Below, one piece after another: positions 48,840 to 61,270 of a stretch of DNA of 64,000 nt. This DNA comes from a virus. A program made the position numbers and the translations under genes. Where the stretch lies: IMG/VR virus record IMGVR_UViG_3300020248_000002. One strand, written 5' to 3'. The notes beneath the pieces were generated by a model, which searched no databases, was not told the origin of the DNA, and worked only from the letters and a program-made list of their open reading frames with translations. Each line of letters starts with the position of its first letter. Within the stretch, counting starts at the first letter, position 1.

Positions 48840-50110
48840 CAACACCCTTATTCTTATCAGAATCAATCCCATTGGAACTAAGAAACATCTTAAAATCACT
48901 AGAAATCGGTATGCCGATTAAATGGAACAATGATGTTGGAACTATTAGTTTCATATCAGATCACTACATCACAATATGTGTCAGAAAAATACCTGACGAA
49001 ACATATAAAGATGGACACAGACAGGTAAATGTAGTATGCCCTCGACACGAGTGGGATAACTTAGAAATTGAAGATTCACACTTCAAAAATGTAAAGAATT
49101 ACAAGGGAAAAACCAATGACCACCCTGGAAATGAGTATTTACCACCTGTTAAAAAAAGATGATTTTAACTAAAGACGAACTACACGCACTTGAGGATAGT
49201 TTGATGTATCTTTCAACCTATAATCAGGTTAAAATTGAAAAGGATAACTCAGTAAGTTGTAATGAGTTACACGAAAAAATCAAATTAGAGTTATTGAAAA
49301 GGCAATGGCATTGAGACAAATGGCGATCGTTCAAGCAAAATCAGAACGAGCGAGAATTAACCTTGCAACATATATGGGTGGAAGCACATTCGTATATATA
49401 GAAAACAAGCGAGAAGATGGTAGGATTTTCGTATCATCAGAATATAATAGAGAGTATTGGTTTTGGATAGACCCTCCTGACGACCCGAATTGGGATTATA
49501 TGGAGGTAAAAGAGGGAGAGGTCGTTAGCGAATGATAGTACCCTTAGAACATTTTACAAACACATCAAATAAACCTTATGACAGGAATTGGTATAAGGTT
49601 CATTGTAAAGATAAATCGGTAAAGATTTTACATAGTTACGAAGAGGTGTTAGAATGTTGGTGGAATTTCAACCAATACATTGACAAAGTTGAGGTAATTG
49701 ATGCAAAACGAACTAAACAAAGTGGAATTGGATTCTGACCCTAACGGTGGTTTAGAAATCAAACAAAACGAAGATGGTTCATTTATGTTAGAGTGGGATA
49801 AGAATGACCCACGTTGGGCAATGCTTAATGGGTTGTCTCAAGCACAACTAGAACAGATCATCTTAAAAGGATTACAGGAGGAATTAGGTTTATGAGTGGA
49901 GATTATGAGACACTAGAAACCAACCAACCAAAAATAACATACTCAGAGGAGATCAAAATTGATGGGGAGGACATACAGATAGTGATGAGACAAGTAGAGT
50001 CAATTCATTGTCAAGTAGCAGAATACCCCACGAGTGAATACTTACAGAGTAGATTAGAGTTAGTTCATTGTGAATTGAAAAGACTCAAAGAAAAATACGA
50101 GGACAATTAG
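48836..50110 (+). CDS. run of small coupled hypothetical ORFs (48836, 49159, 49305, 49532, 49698, 49892)
   Basis: Overlapping start/stop codons, several with GGAG/GAGG SD; no family recognised. Confidence 0.5.
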
Positions 50111-50121
50111 AATACTGTCAC

Positions 50122-50147
50122 ACCCTGTCTTGTTAGGCAGGGTTTTT
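50122..50147 (+). terminator. terminator-like hairpin overlapping promoter
   Basis: accctgtct-tgtt-aggcagggt followed by tttt. Confidence 0.6.
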
Positions 50148-50176
50148 GCTCTTAATATGAAATCACTTATTGAACA

Positions 50177-51448
50177 TTGATGATTACTTTACGACCACAC
50201 CAACAGCGTATTGTCGATATTATGAAGAACAACACCAAAGGTCAGGTTATTGTACCTACTGGCGGTGGTAAAACTATGTGTATGATACACGATCTCAAGA
50301 GACGTTTACAGACAACAGAAGGTGGAACTCTAAGTTGGTATCCTAAAACTTATGTTGTTGTTGCACCTCGTATCTTACTTGCAAACCAGTTATGCTCAGA
50401 GTTCTTAGAGCAAAATCTTGATGGTAATTATAATCAAGGTGTAGATGTGATGCACGTTCATAGTGGAGAAACACATTTCTACAGTACTACTAAACCAGAG
50501 AAGATCAAAACTTGGGTTAACAATAGTACTAAACATATAATTATTTTTACAACTTATCACTCTTTAAAACGTGTTGTCGAGTCTGATATTACTATTGATA
50601 CTGCTTATTTTGATGAAGCACATAACTCTGTTACGAGGTCTTTTAGTCCTCCTACTGAGTCTGTTTCTTATCATTCTAAATCCACATATTTTTTTACTGC
50701 TACTCCTCGCATTAGTTATCGCCATACTAGGGGAATGAACAACGAAAAGATATATGGAAATATTATTTGTAATATTGAAGCAAAAGAACTTGTCAACAAC
50801 GGTTCGATTATCCCTCCTACCATAGTTCCATTTCATACCAAAGAGAACAGAGATCGGAAACAGGCATTTGATCTTGATAGTCAAACTGTTACAGATATAC
50901 TTGATACTCTTGATAGTGATGACGCACATAAGGTTCTTGTTAGTGTACCGTCTAGCAGAATGTTGGGAGCAATGATGAGTCAAACTGATTTGATATATCA
51001 ACTTGAGAAACGTGGATTTGAGTTCTTGCATATCACATCTAAGTTTGGTGCATACGTCAACAGACAAAAGGTAAACAGAGAAAAGTTTTTCGATACTCTC
51101 ACTCAATACGGTAGAGACAAAGACAAGAAGTTTATCATATTCCATTACAGTATCTTGAGTGAAGGTATTAACGTGTCAGGATTGACCCATTGTATCCTCT
51201 TGAGACAGTTAGATGTAGTCTCTATGGCACAAACTATAGGTAGAGTAATTAGAATGGATACAGAGGATTCTAAGGACATTAGAGAAGGTGTAATCAAAGC
51301 GGGTGCATTAGAGTTTTACAGGAAGAAAACAGGATATGTTACTGTACCCTGTCACGCAAACTACGGTCAGCATATAATCAAGAGATTACAGGCGGTTGTA
51401 GATTCTATATTCATCAATGGACTACCTCCTGAGTCGTTAGTGGTATAA
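50177..51448 (+). CDS. superfamily 2 DEAH helicase (type III Res-like)
   Basis: LRPHQ, PTGGGKT, DEAH, TATP, LSEGI, QTIGRVIR. Confidence 0.9.
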   Translation: MMITLRPHQQRIVDIMKNNTKGQVIVPTGGGKTMCMIHDLKRRLQTTEGGTLSWYPKTYVVVAPRILLANQLCSEFLEQNLDGNYNQGVDVMHVHSGETHFYSTTKPEKIKTWVNNSTKHIIIFTTYHSLKRVVESDITIDTAYFDEAHNSVTRSFSPPTESVSYHSKSTYFFTATPRISYRHTRGMNNEKIYGNIICNIEAKELVNNGSIIPPTIVPFHTKENRDRKQAFDLDSQTVTDILDTLDSDDAHKVLVSVPSSRMLGAMMSQTDLIYQLEKRGFEFLHITSKFGAYVNRQKVNREKFFDTLTQYGRDKDKKFIIFHYSILSEGINVSGLTHCILLRQLDVVSMAQTIGRVIRMDTEDSKDIREGVIKAGALEFYRKKTGYVTVPCHANYGQHIIKRLQAVVDSIFINGLPPESLVV

Positions 51449-51479
51449 ATAGAAATACGAAACAAAGTAACACGTTAAA

Positions 51480-51881
51480 ATGGCAACTGCAAAAGTAAAA
51501 ACTGCAACGAATGGTATTTGTACTGAATTAGTTGCAAAAGCGAAGGCATATAGACTCGCAAATATTACTGCTAGAATGACATCAGCAGGTACTGGAAGTT
51601 TATCTGATTACAAATTAAATGCTAAAAAAGAAAAACTTGAAAGTGATGATGCGTCAGTAGTTTGGGGATTTGCTAGTAGGACAGCAGGAGACGATTTAGA
51701 GATAGTCGCTACTGCACCAACTGACAGAGGTTCTGTTGTATCAGTATGGGGATTTGTAACCAAAGACGGACTCATAGGTAAAGATGAAGCATCAGCAAGA
51801 GTCAGTACAACTGATATTACAGATAGTTCTACCCTTACCACATTCAAGGCAAATATGACGCACTTAGGGACACATTGGTAG
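51480..51881 (+). CDS. hypothetical protein with late promoter
   Basis: TATAAATA at 51444-51451; A/T/S-rich. Confidence 0.6.
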   Translation: MATAKVKTATNGICTELVAKAKAYRLANITARMTSAGTGSLSDYKLNAKKEKLESDDASVVWGFASRTAGDDLEIVATAPTDRGSVVSVWGFVTKDGLIGKDEASARVSTTDITDSSTLTTFKANMTHLGTHW

Positions 51882-51891
51882 GTGTCACATT

Positions 51892-51915
51892 ACCCCCTTT
51901 GCAGGGGGTTTTTTT
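51892..51915 (+). terminator. intrinsic terminator
   Basis: accccct-ttgc-agggggt followed by a T run. Confidence 0.75.
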
Positions 51916-51950
51916 GTGTCATACTAGGTTCAGTTAACAAACACCAATTT

Positions 51951-52427
51951 ATGTCAACTAGATCAAGAATCGGAATTGAACTCGAAGATGGTTCAATCAA
52001 ATCTGTATATCATCACTTTGATGGATACCCAGAAGGACTAGGAGTTAAATTACTTACTCACTACACTACTGAAGAATCAGTAAACAAACTTATTGACGGT
52101 GGCAATATGTCAAACTGTTGGTCTGACTCAACATTTGATGTAGAAACAGGAGAGTTCCACCCAGTTGCAGACCCAAAACCTGCATACTATGGTGGAGAAG
52201 ATGAAAAACCAATTATCAGTAAGAAAAGAAAAGATTTCTTTATGATTGATTGTTGGCAAGAGTATTCATACATATTTGTTCCAAACGGTAGAGGTCAAGG
52301 ATTCTGGGCAATGTATGAGGTCAAGCATCAATATGATGAGAACTATGACCAGATACTATCCTATGAAGCAACACCCTGCACTCGTAGAGCGTTAGATCAA
52401 ATTGAAAAAGGAGAGGTATTAGTATAA
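51951..52427 (+). CDS. conserved phage hypothetical protein
   Basis: MSTRSRIG...SVYHHFDGYPEGLG..L..HY; AACAAACAC leader. Confidence 0.7.
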   Translation: MSTRSRIGIELEDGSIKSVYHHFDGYPEGLGVKLLTHYTTEESVNKLIDGGNMSNCWSDSTFDVETGEFHPVADPKPAYYGGEDEKPIISKKRKDFFMIDCWQEYSYIFVPNGRGQGFWAMYEVKHQYDENYDQILSYEATPCTRRALDQIEKGEVLV

Positions 52428-52747
52428 TGTTAGGAGAAACTAAACCAAAGGTCGTAGATTGCTATGACCTTTTAACAGGAGAGCAACGTGAACAAATTGC
52501 TGAAATAATGATGGAAGCAATGTCATTTCACGACATATACCCAGATATATGGGAAATGAAAGTTGAAGCAATTATTGATTCGGAGACAGATCAAAATGAC
52601 ATTCAATGAAGTACAAAGAAGGTGGCAACACTTTCACGAAACAAATGAAGAAATATCATTTGATGATTTCTTATTCTTTAAGAAACTTGCCAAACAGTTT
52701 CCTTACGTCTATACTGAGTGGGGAACATTATTATCAGAGGATAACCA

Positions 52748-53248
52748 ATGATGCAAACACCAGAACAAAAGTATCAGCAATTATTTGAGAAAATGTATCA
52801 GTTATGTATTGAGCAAGGTTGGGGCGACCCATTCTCTTATGCTCGATCAAGAGAGATACATCTAGCAGGGGTGTTAGGTCATAAAGTCGCTGAGGATTAC
52901 TCAGGTGCTGACGCATACGACAAATATGATTTACCCATAGAATATAAGTCAACCATAGGTAAGAAGTTGACAGCGACATACAACGGTATATCAGTTCAAC
53001 CAACGTGGGAAGAACAAGTTGATTACCTAGTTGATGAGAAGATAGGAAAGTATCATCATCATTATTATGCACGATACAAAGATGGTAAAATCGTTGAAGT
53101 GTGGCGAATGACCGCAGGGCAAGTCCTTGATATTCTTTTACCAGAATTGAAAAAGAAATTCAATACTGTAAAGAATAGAAAAGACCCACGTTTAGGTCAC
53201 ACTATTAGTAATAAACTAATTGTTGAACAAGGAACTAAAATTATATGA
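52748..53248 (+). CDS. putative PD-(D/E)xK restriction-like endonuclease
   Basis: REIHLA...GADAYD......IEYKST. Confidence 0.55.
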   Translation: MMQTPEQKYQQLFEKMYQLCIEQGWGDPFSYARSREIHLAGVLGHKVAEDYSGADAYDKYDLPIEYKSTIGKKLTATYNGISVQPTWEEQVDYLVDEKIGKYHHHYYARYKDGKIVEVWRMTAGQVLDILLPELKKKFNTVKNRKDPRLGHTISNKLIVEQGTKII

Positions 53249-53327
53249 CAGTTATAATACTGTCACACCTAGAATTGCATAGTACACAATGCTATGCAAT
53301 ACTAGATTATAGTTAACAAACACCAAA

Positions 53328-56300
53328 ATGATTGACACAATGTTAAATAGCGTTGATGAGACATTCGGAAACACACTTGCCGAACTCATCAAAGAGTATG
53401 TCACAGAATTAGTAGATCATCAAACTGACATCATTACAGACTCAGATTGGTTTTACGAAAAGGTAGAGAAAATGGTTGATGAAAGGGTAGCGGAGAAATT
53501 AAATGCTAACTGAAAACTGGACAGTAGATCAAAAAAAGAAACTACTTGATGAATATGTGTTATTTCGCATAGAAGAAATGACTAGAGACGAAATGGCATC
53601 ATACGTCTATGATAGTATGAGACAAGAGATCATAGTATCAAGACCTGATCTTACCCTAGACGAGACTCTTAAGCAAGAAATTGACGAGTATGATGAATAC
53701 TTGTATGAAAAACTTACTGACTATGTGTTAGACAAACCAGACTCATACTCAGCATTATGTGAGTTTTTAAGAGATCGACAGGACAACATTTATTATGACA
53801 ATTAAAATATTGTCACATTAACTATTGTATTCTCTACAAAACTGTTTTAATATTAAATCATACAAACACCAACAAATTATGAAAAAAGTTTCATTTGCAT
53901 TTATTCTTGACAACTTAACTGAATTAGGTTGGGATTACACCTGCGGTAGAATGTCAAGATCAGGTATGGAAATCTATGACGGTATTATGAGACATTGCGG
54001 TGTCTTAAAAGAAACAGAGCATTGGAATGAAGATGTCTTTGCAGAGTCTAACGGAGATTGGTAATGGGAAAAGCAACAGGACAAATGCAAGAAGAAACAA
54101 GAGAACTTCTTGACCATTATAATAACCTATACAACTGGGATTATAATGAAATGTGTAGGTTCATTGAAAACTATGGAGAGACATATTTTTTAACCTACTA
54201 TGACATATATCATAGACTTTGTGAAGATTATGGTACAGAGTTAGTTGATCTGTTTTCAGATTACTTTGATGTGGATACAGTACCACATTTTGAGAATATG
54301 TACGAGGGTCAATTTGAAACAGCAAAAGATTTTGCAGAATACTATTGTACTGAGGTAGATGAAGCAACAAAAAATCTACCAGATTATGTGACACTTGACT
54401 ATCAAGATATATGGGATAACAAACTCTCAAAAGAATATGTTGAAATTGATTGCTCTATGGTAGATCATACCTATGGACACATATTCAAGTTGAAGTATTA
54501 AAAAGACAGTTTAAATACTGTCACACAGACTATTGTATTCTATACACAATAGATTTAATATTAGATCAGTTACAACAACACTATGACTCTTAAACAACTT
54601 ATTCGAGAGTATGTCAATGACCACTTCGATCACTTTGGATTCTATCCTTATGAAGTTGAAGTAGATGGACAAGTTTACTCATACGGTGGATACTGGCAAA
54701 TTTTAGAAGATACGAGGTTCGACTAATGGTTCAACAACAGTACGTTATGCAGTTCACAACAAGAACTGACTACTATCAAAACTTTGAAATATCATTTGAT
54801 GAGTTTTGGGAAGATTATTGTAAGGAAATGGATTTTGATGAAGAGGAGTCCGATCTTAACGATTGGGATAATGAGGACTTGATGCAAGTAGCGTGGGAGT
54901 ACATTCTTAAAGACCCTGAGAAGTATAGATCAGGTAATTCTGACTATGATAACGAGGAAATTATGAACTACACATTACACAGGATTTAATTATGAAACAA
55001 GATTTTAACAGAGATTATCAACCAGAGGGAGTGAAGTACCATTTCCCTGATGATGACCCATATCAAGAGAGTAACGAAATTTACTACAATATGGTAGATT
55101 TTCTAGATGACTCAGAGGTACATCAAATATGGGAGATTGTGGGTAAGGCAATGGACAGAAATAATATTGTCACAACAGACAACGAAAGTTTATCTGTTAG
55201 GGTGTATGATGAAATCAGTTACGAGGATTAACACTTATGCCAACAGTACCAACCTATGATTTCCCCCAAAGTCCGATCCTAATAATAGGATTCTTTGGGA
55301 TCTTAGTTGCACTAGCAGTATTGTTTGTTGCAAACAAATCATATTTTTCAAGTCCATTCAATGAGGATAACAAGTAATGGAACTCACTAAAAAACAACAC
55401 GACAATCTCATAGAAATATTTGTTGAGAGGGTAGTTGACAATATGAATACTGTTCAACTTGCCGAGTATGTATCAGCAGATATGATCGAATGTTTTGGTA
55501 GTATGCCACAACAAGAGTGTATAGAGAATATGTACTCATATTATGATGAGGAATTTGTTGAAGAACTAATAGAGGAGGTTAAGGAAATTGACTAAGTACA
55601 GAGATCAAAAAGCAACTATTTTTTCAGAGATTGCATCAATCCTCGAAGATGGGGATAATGGTACACCTTATGATTTAATAGATTTTATGATCGAATTGAT
55701 GACTAAAGATCAACTTAATCAAGTTGAGGATTTAATCACTAATCAGTATCAACAGTATCACGAGGACTAATCAATGTATTATGAAGAGGGATTATGGGAA
55801 TATGCCACAGATAAGGCATACGAAATGATGAAACACAGGAAACAATTTCTTGATGATGATACATTTAATTATCAAATAGAATACTGGACTAAAAAAGTAT
55901 ATCAAGAAAATTCACACTTAAGAGGTATTGATTAATGTTAATGTGCAAACCAGTAAATACTTTCAAAACTGAAATATGTGTTGATTGTGGTAATCTATGT
56001 TCACTTGGAACAGGTAGATATGTCAATCGTTATGCAGTATATAACGAGGAAGTCGAGGGTTGGAGGTGTGGATTTTGTGCTGAAGAACTAGACGCACTTA
56101 TGGAAGATTTGATAGAGGACAATTAAAATATTGTCACACTAACTATTGCATTATATACAAAATAGTTTTAATATTAAATCAGTTACAACAACACTATGAC
56201 CAACTATGAAGCATTATTAACTCTCATAGGAGACATCAACAACGCTTTTTGTCACTTAGATGATGATGAAGTTGCTGATATATGTGATGGAGACATCAAA

Positions 56301-59300
56301 CTGTTAGACAAAGCAGTTAAGAGATTTAAAACAACTGTATGGGAGAATCAGTTATGATGACCTATGAGAACTGGATAAAGAGTTGCCCTGACCCTGTTCG
56401 ATTTGCTACAAATTACGTTGATATAGAATCTGACGTATTATCTGTTATTGACACATACGACAGGGAAGAATGGGATAAATCAAAAATTGATGAGGAATTT
56501 ATCAAGGACATTTGTTATCAAGTTTACGATCAAGATTGGTCAGAATGGAATGATTTTATTGCTTATTTAATCGACAACAAAATGGAGGAAATCTTATGAT
56601 TATCTTAACAATTCTAGTAATTATATTTGTTATAATATTAATGTTAAACTACTACAACCCACATCACTAAAATGTATCAACTTAATTTAACAGCAAGAGA
56701 ACTAGGTTTAGTTGCAAATCAATTAGGTTACTGTTATTGTGACCTAGATGAGAACAATGCACCGTCAGGAATGGCATTTGACCGATACGGTAAAGATGCA
56801 GTTGTAGGAGCATTTAGAAAGGTTCAAGAACTCATTAACGATCAATGGTTAACAGAGAATGAACTAGAATTATCTAAAGAGCAACGTAAAACTACATTTC
56901 CAATACCTAGTGAATCAGCATTTGGTATTGAGAGAGATTTCGAGGTGCTAAGAATGAAAAGAAAAGATCACAATAAAATTTCTAAAAGACCTACTTCATT
57001 CTATATGTAATTATGAAACAATTTAACATAACAATAAACGAAACAGAGCAACAGATTTTAATTGACTCTATGATGTTCTTTTTTACATTCTATAACAATG
57101 AAACAAAAGGTAATGACACATCAAATACCGTTGATATGTATAGAGTATGGTATAAAAAGAACAAATTAAAAGATAGCAAAGCAACATTTGAAAAAGTATT
57201 CTATGCTATGACAGATAAAAAAGTGTCACTACCAGAATTGAAATAGACACATTATCGTTTAATATTAAATCAAGAAACAAAACACTATTATGTCAGTTTT
57301 ACATCACGAGTCAATCTTAGAAACACTTTATGATGAAGTTGTTGCCGAGTCACTCGAAAATCTAAGAAAAGCAGGATTCAATGTTAAAGAGTCCGATCTT
57401 GATATGGTTGCTATAGATGCCACAGTTGGTAGGAGGTTCGAGGACTTATGCCTATAATCAAACTATCAATCGAAGAGCATCAATCACTCACTAGGTTATT
57501 ATCACACCCTAAAACAATGAAATATAGGAGTGATTTATATGATACAGAAACTTTTGACTCAATGGAAGATAAAGTTTATGATGCAGTAAACAACTTAACA
57601 GTAGAGGATTTCTAAAATGAAAACAGAATCACTAGATAAATCTATTGATGTCTTAATTGACACAATAATGAAATCAACTATTAGAGCAGTTGATGAGAAC
57701 CGTATGGAGGACTCAAAAGCATTATTTGATGAATTTGTTGTAGATGGTAAAGAACCATTAACAGACAATTTCGAGTGGTTATACACTTATTACAAATTTG
57801 ATGATTCAATGCGAGGTATTGAAAATGATTAATGTACAGATTACTTTTGATGAAGCATACCAGTTTATTAAACTGTATGATATTCTAAGGGATATGGATA
57901 TGCCCTTAACAGAAAAACAAATGAGTGTATTTGAGAAAGTACAATATGCTCAAAGTAGTTCACATTATCAGGATTTACCACAATGAGCAAATTAACACCA
58001 TTTCAACAGGCACTAGCAACAAATATGGGTCAAGAAAAATTAGACTCAGATAATCTAGTTACACTTGTAAGAAGAAGATTTCTTTTAGAAGAAGTTGTAT
58101 TGACAAGAGAACAGTACGAAAATTACTCATCTAAGGTTGATAGTACTGGTTTTACTTGGGATTCATTAAAATGGGAAAATGCTCAATGGGAAGATTATGA
58201 GTTTGAAAACACTTATTATAGTGCCTATGAAGGCGATATTACAAGTTTTACTGATGATGTAGTTGCATTTATGCAACCTGACCCAGAAAATCGTTTATCT
58301 TATGAACAGTTGCCACTACTGAATAGTGACGATTTTTACGATCAATTCAACAAATAATTTGAGGGTGTGACAGTAAAAATATTGTCACACCTTTTATTGT
58401 ATTTGATACAAAATGGTTTAATATACAAATAGTTAAAAACAACACTATGAACTTTGAAAAAATTTTAGAACAGTTCCAAACTGACCTAGAAAACTATTGT
58501 AAGGAAAATCAGTCCTTACACCCTATGAATCAAGATTTTTGGTTTAGTCAATTTGAAAATGACATTTACGAAATGCAGGAAATCGTTGACGGTATTCTAG
58601 GATTTGACTTTCAAGAAGCGTATAACTCTCAATATGACCCTGAGAGAGTGACTACACCCGAAGAAAGGGATAGAATCGCATTTCAGCAAAAAATGGAAGC
58701 GAAGGGTTAATATGCAGTACTTAGTAACCGATATTGAATTTGACTTCAATGAAGATTTACCAGATTATTATAGTGTCTCATTTGATGACCAAAAACTAAT
58801 AATCAATGACAATTTAGGTTTATGGGAAGCAACCGACCCTGATGATTTAATCGAAGAAGTGACCGCTAACGCAGGTTGGTGCATTAAATCAATCGACTAC
58901 AAAATACAATTAAAAGAGGACTTTTAAAAATGAATGAACTAAAAAGATATTACATCAATGTAAAATTCGATAAATACGGAACATATACTTTTGAAGCAAA
59001 AAGTAAGGAACACGCTATTGAACTTTACAAAAATGGGGATTATGATTTTTCAGATTATACTGAAGATTTTGGGGAATTTAATGAAGTTATAGAAGATATT
59101 GAAGAAGAAATTTTTACAGATACTCAACTATCATTAGCAATTTAATTATTTCTTAACAATTCAAATATCCATTATTCATTATTTTATGTTATGATGGATT
59201 CATATACAAAAAACACTATGGACAACTTTAAAGAATTTCTTGATTATTGTGAATCATTTTATTCACCTAGTCACCCTGATGTGCTTTACCCTATTGATGG

Positions 59301-61191
59301 TTTAACTAGGGAAGAATTAGCACTTGCAACTTTAAACTATCTCGACCTATGTGAAGTAGGCACTCACGTTACTTGGGGCGGTGGGGATTCTCTTGATAGA
59401 GAGAGAGTAAGAGATTTTGTTATTGAGCGTAGAGCAACTAATCAAACATTATCAAAAATGGGGGTGGCATAATGGCATTATGTGACGTATGTGGTAATTT
59501 TGATGATGAGCATACTGACGGAGAACCGTCAATTAGGGCATTACCAGATTATCAACCTGATCTCTATTACTATTGGGATTATCCAATAGAAGAAAAATAT
59601 AATTGGCGAGATCATTTTCCTGATGCTGATTGTCTTTGCGAAATTTGTTTTGATATAGCGAATCAAGAAAAGAAAATCAAATGGGAAAATAATTAATTAT
59701 TTCTTAATATTTCATTATTGACATATATCAGAAATATATGCAATAATAAATTATACAAAACAACACTAAAAAAAATGTCAAAAAATCAATTCAATTTCAA
59801 ATATACAGTTGAAACACCCAGATTATTTAATTCTGAGGTATATACTGATGATTTAGAAAAAGCAAAGGATTTATCCTTTGAATTTGGGTTAGATTATGAA
59901 TATTCTTGTGTTCGAGATAACAAAACAGGGGAAATAATTGATGAAACAGGGAACATAATGGGGTTAGTAGAGGAGGGTATCGTATAATGTTTACACAAAA
60001 AGAAATCCTCTATATGATAGAGTGTTTAAACTTTCATTATTCAGAAAATGATGACAAGAAAAATGAAATTATTGATGTCAATTCTGACATTTTAATTAAA
60101 TTACATAAGGAGTTAATCAAGTGAAAATTAAGCAACTAATTGAAGAATTGGGTTTATTTGTTGATTATGAAAAATCAACTTGTAAACCTGATGATAACAT
60201 AACATTTTATTATTTGAAGAATAACCATTTAACAAATTGTCAATTTGAAAGTTTTTTCGATTGTAATTATGTTGATATTAATGATAATGTTGATTATGAG
60301 TTTACAATTCAAGATACTAGCGAAATTATGGAGGATTCTAACTAATGAACCAAAAACAGTTTATCGAAGAAGTTTTTGAAATTGCATACGGAGAAAATGC
60401 GATTAATCGAAATTTCACTTTTGAAGAAGTTATTGAAACATTAAGAGAATTTTCAGATAATGCTTTAATTTTTGAAGAATCAGGTTTAACTAGGGAAGAA
60501 TTAGAGAATATCAGCGAAATTAGTCAAGAGTCCTATAAAAAGGGATATATTGATAGAAAAAAAGATGAATTGTTAAAAAAATGTTAAGATCAATTTTTCC
60601 TATTGCATTATGCTTAATTTTCCCTTATATTGGTTATGTACAAACAACACTAACCTAACCTACTATGGATAAGGATTTAAAAATGCTTCATAGACTTATC
60701 AAATTTGCAGATAAGGAAATTGCGAAGCAAAACGCTAAAACTGAGATTCTTATAGATCAGTTTAACAACAGAAACAACTTACTTAGAGGTTAAACAAAAT
60801 GAATAAAAGACTAGGTTTAATCTTTTTATTGTTACTTGTAATAAATCCTATTACAGGTAACTTTACAAGAGTTCAAATATCTAAAACTCTTGATTTTACA
60901 TCTAACATAATCCACCCTTATAGGTCATACTAATGGAATTATTTTTACTTATCGGTGGTTGTTATGCCTTATTCATAACTGGTAAAGCAATAGCAACTAA
61001 CCTAGACTACCACGCTATACAAAAGGATAGAAAGTAATGAATGATGATTTTATGCCATCAATGAGTGATGACTTAGTTAAACTTGCTGACCAATATGAAG
61101 GCAACTTATTAAACTATTTTTGCGGTATGAGTCCAAAACAAAGTAAAAAGTTTAATAAAATGATAAGAGACTCTAAGAAAAAAAGATTTTA
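53328..61191 (+). CDS. dense array of more than 30 small, mostly acidic early-type ORFs
   Basis: Co-oriented 40-150 aa ORFs with ATGA/TAATG coupling, behind repeated promoters; mostly no family recognised. Confidence 0.6.
54064..54501 (+). CDS. ArdA-like antirestriction (DNA-mimic) protein
   Basis: YEGQFETAKDFAEYY....LPDYVTLDYQDIW resembles the ArdA C-terminal region; strongly acidic. Confidence 0.6.
   Translation: MGKATGQMQEETRELLDHYNNLYNWDYNEMCRFIENYGETYFLTYYDIYHRLCEDYGTELVDLFSDYFDVDTVPHFENMYEGQFETAKDFAEYYCTEVDEATKNLPDYVTLDYQDIWDNKLSKEYVEIDCSMVDHTYGHIFKLKY
55237..55377 (+). CDS. 46-aa single-TM protein
   Basis: MPTVPTYDFPQSPILIIGFFGILVALAVLFVANKSYFSSPFNEDNK. Confidence 0.5.
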   Translation: MPTVPTYDFPQSPILIIGFFGILVALAVLFVANKSYFSSPFNEDNK

Positions 61192-61270
61192 GATTTTCTT
61201 AACAATTCAATCCACAATAATTAATTACCTATGCTAATATAGGTATATAAGCAAAAAACACTTTTTTAAA

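Larger units (their letters stand above)
50102..58424 (+). repeat. eight dispersed GACA-N10-TGTCAC palindrome/promoter units
   Basis: GACA starts at 50102, 51869, 53247, 53797, 54505, 56118, 57210, 58369; six are followed 8 nt later by TTG(C/T/A)A(T/A)-16/17-(T/A)A(A/T)A(T/C)T-type promoters. Confidence 0.88.

Noticed and set aside
58365-58390. CRP/FNR or NtcA binding site
   Set aside because: TGTGA/TCACA half-sites are 14 nt apart rather than 6, and there is no GTA-N8-TAC.
50102-58424. Repeated palindromes as a CRISPR array or integron attC sites
   Set aside because: Spacing is 0.5-1.8 kb with whole genes between, copies are degenerate and tied to promoters, and no cas gene or integrase is seen.
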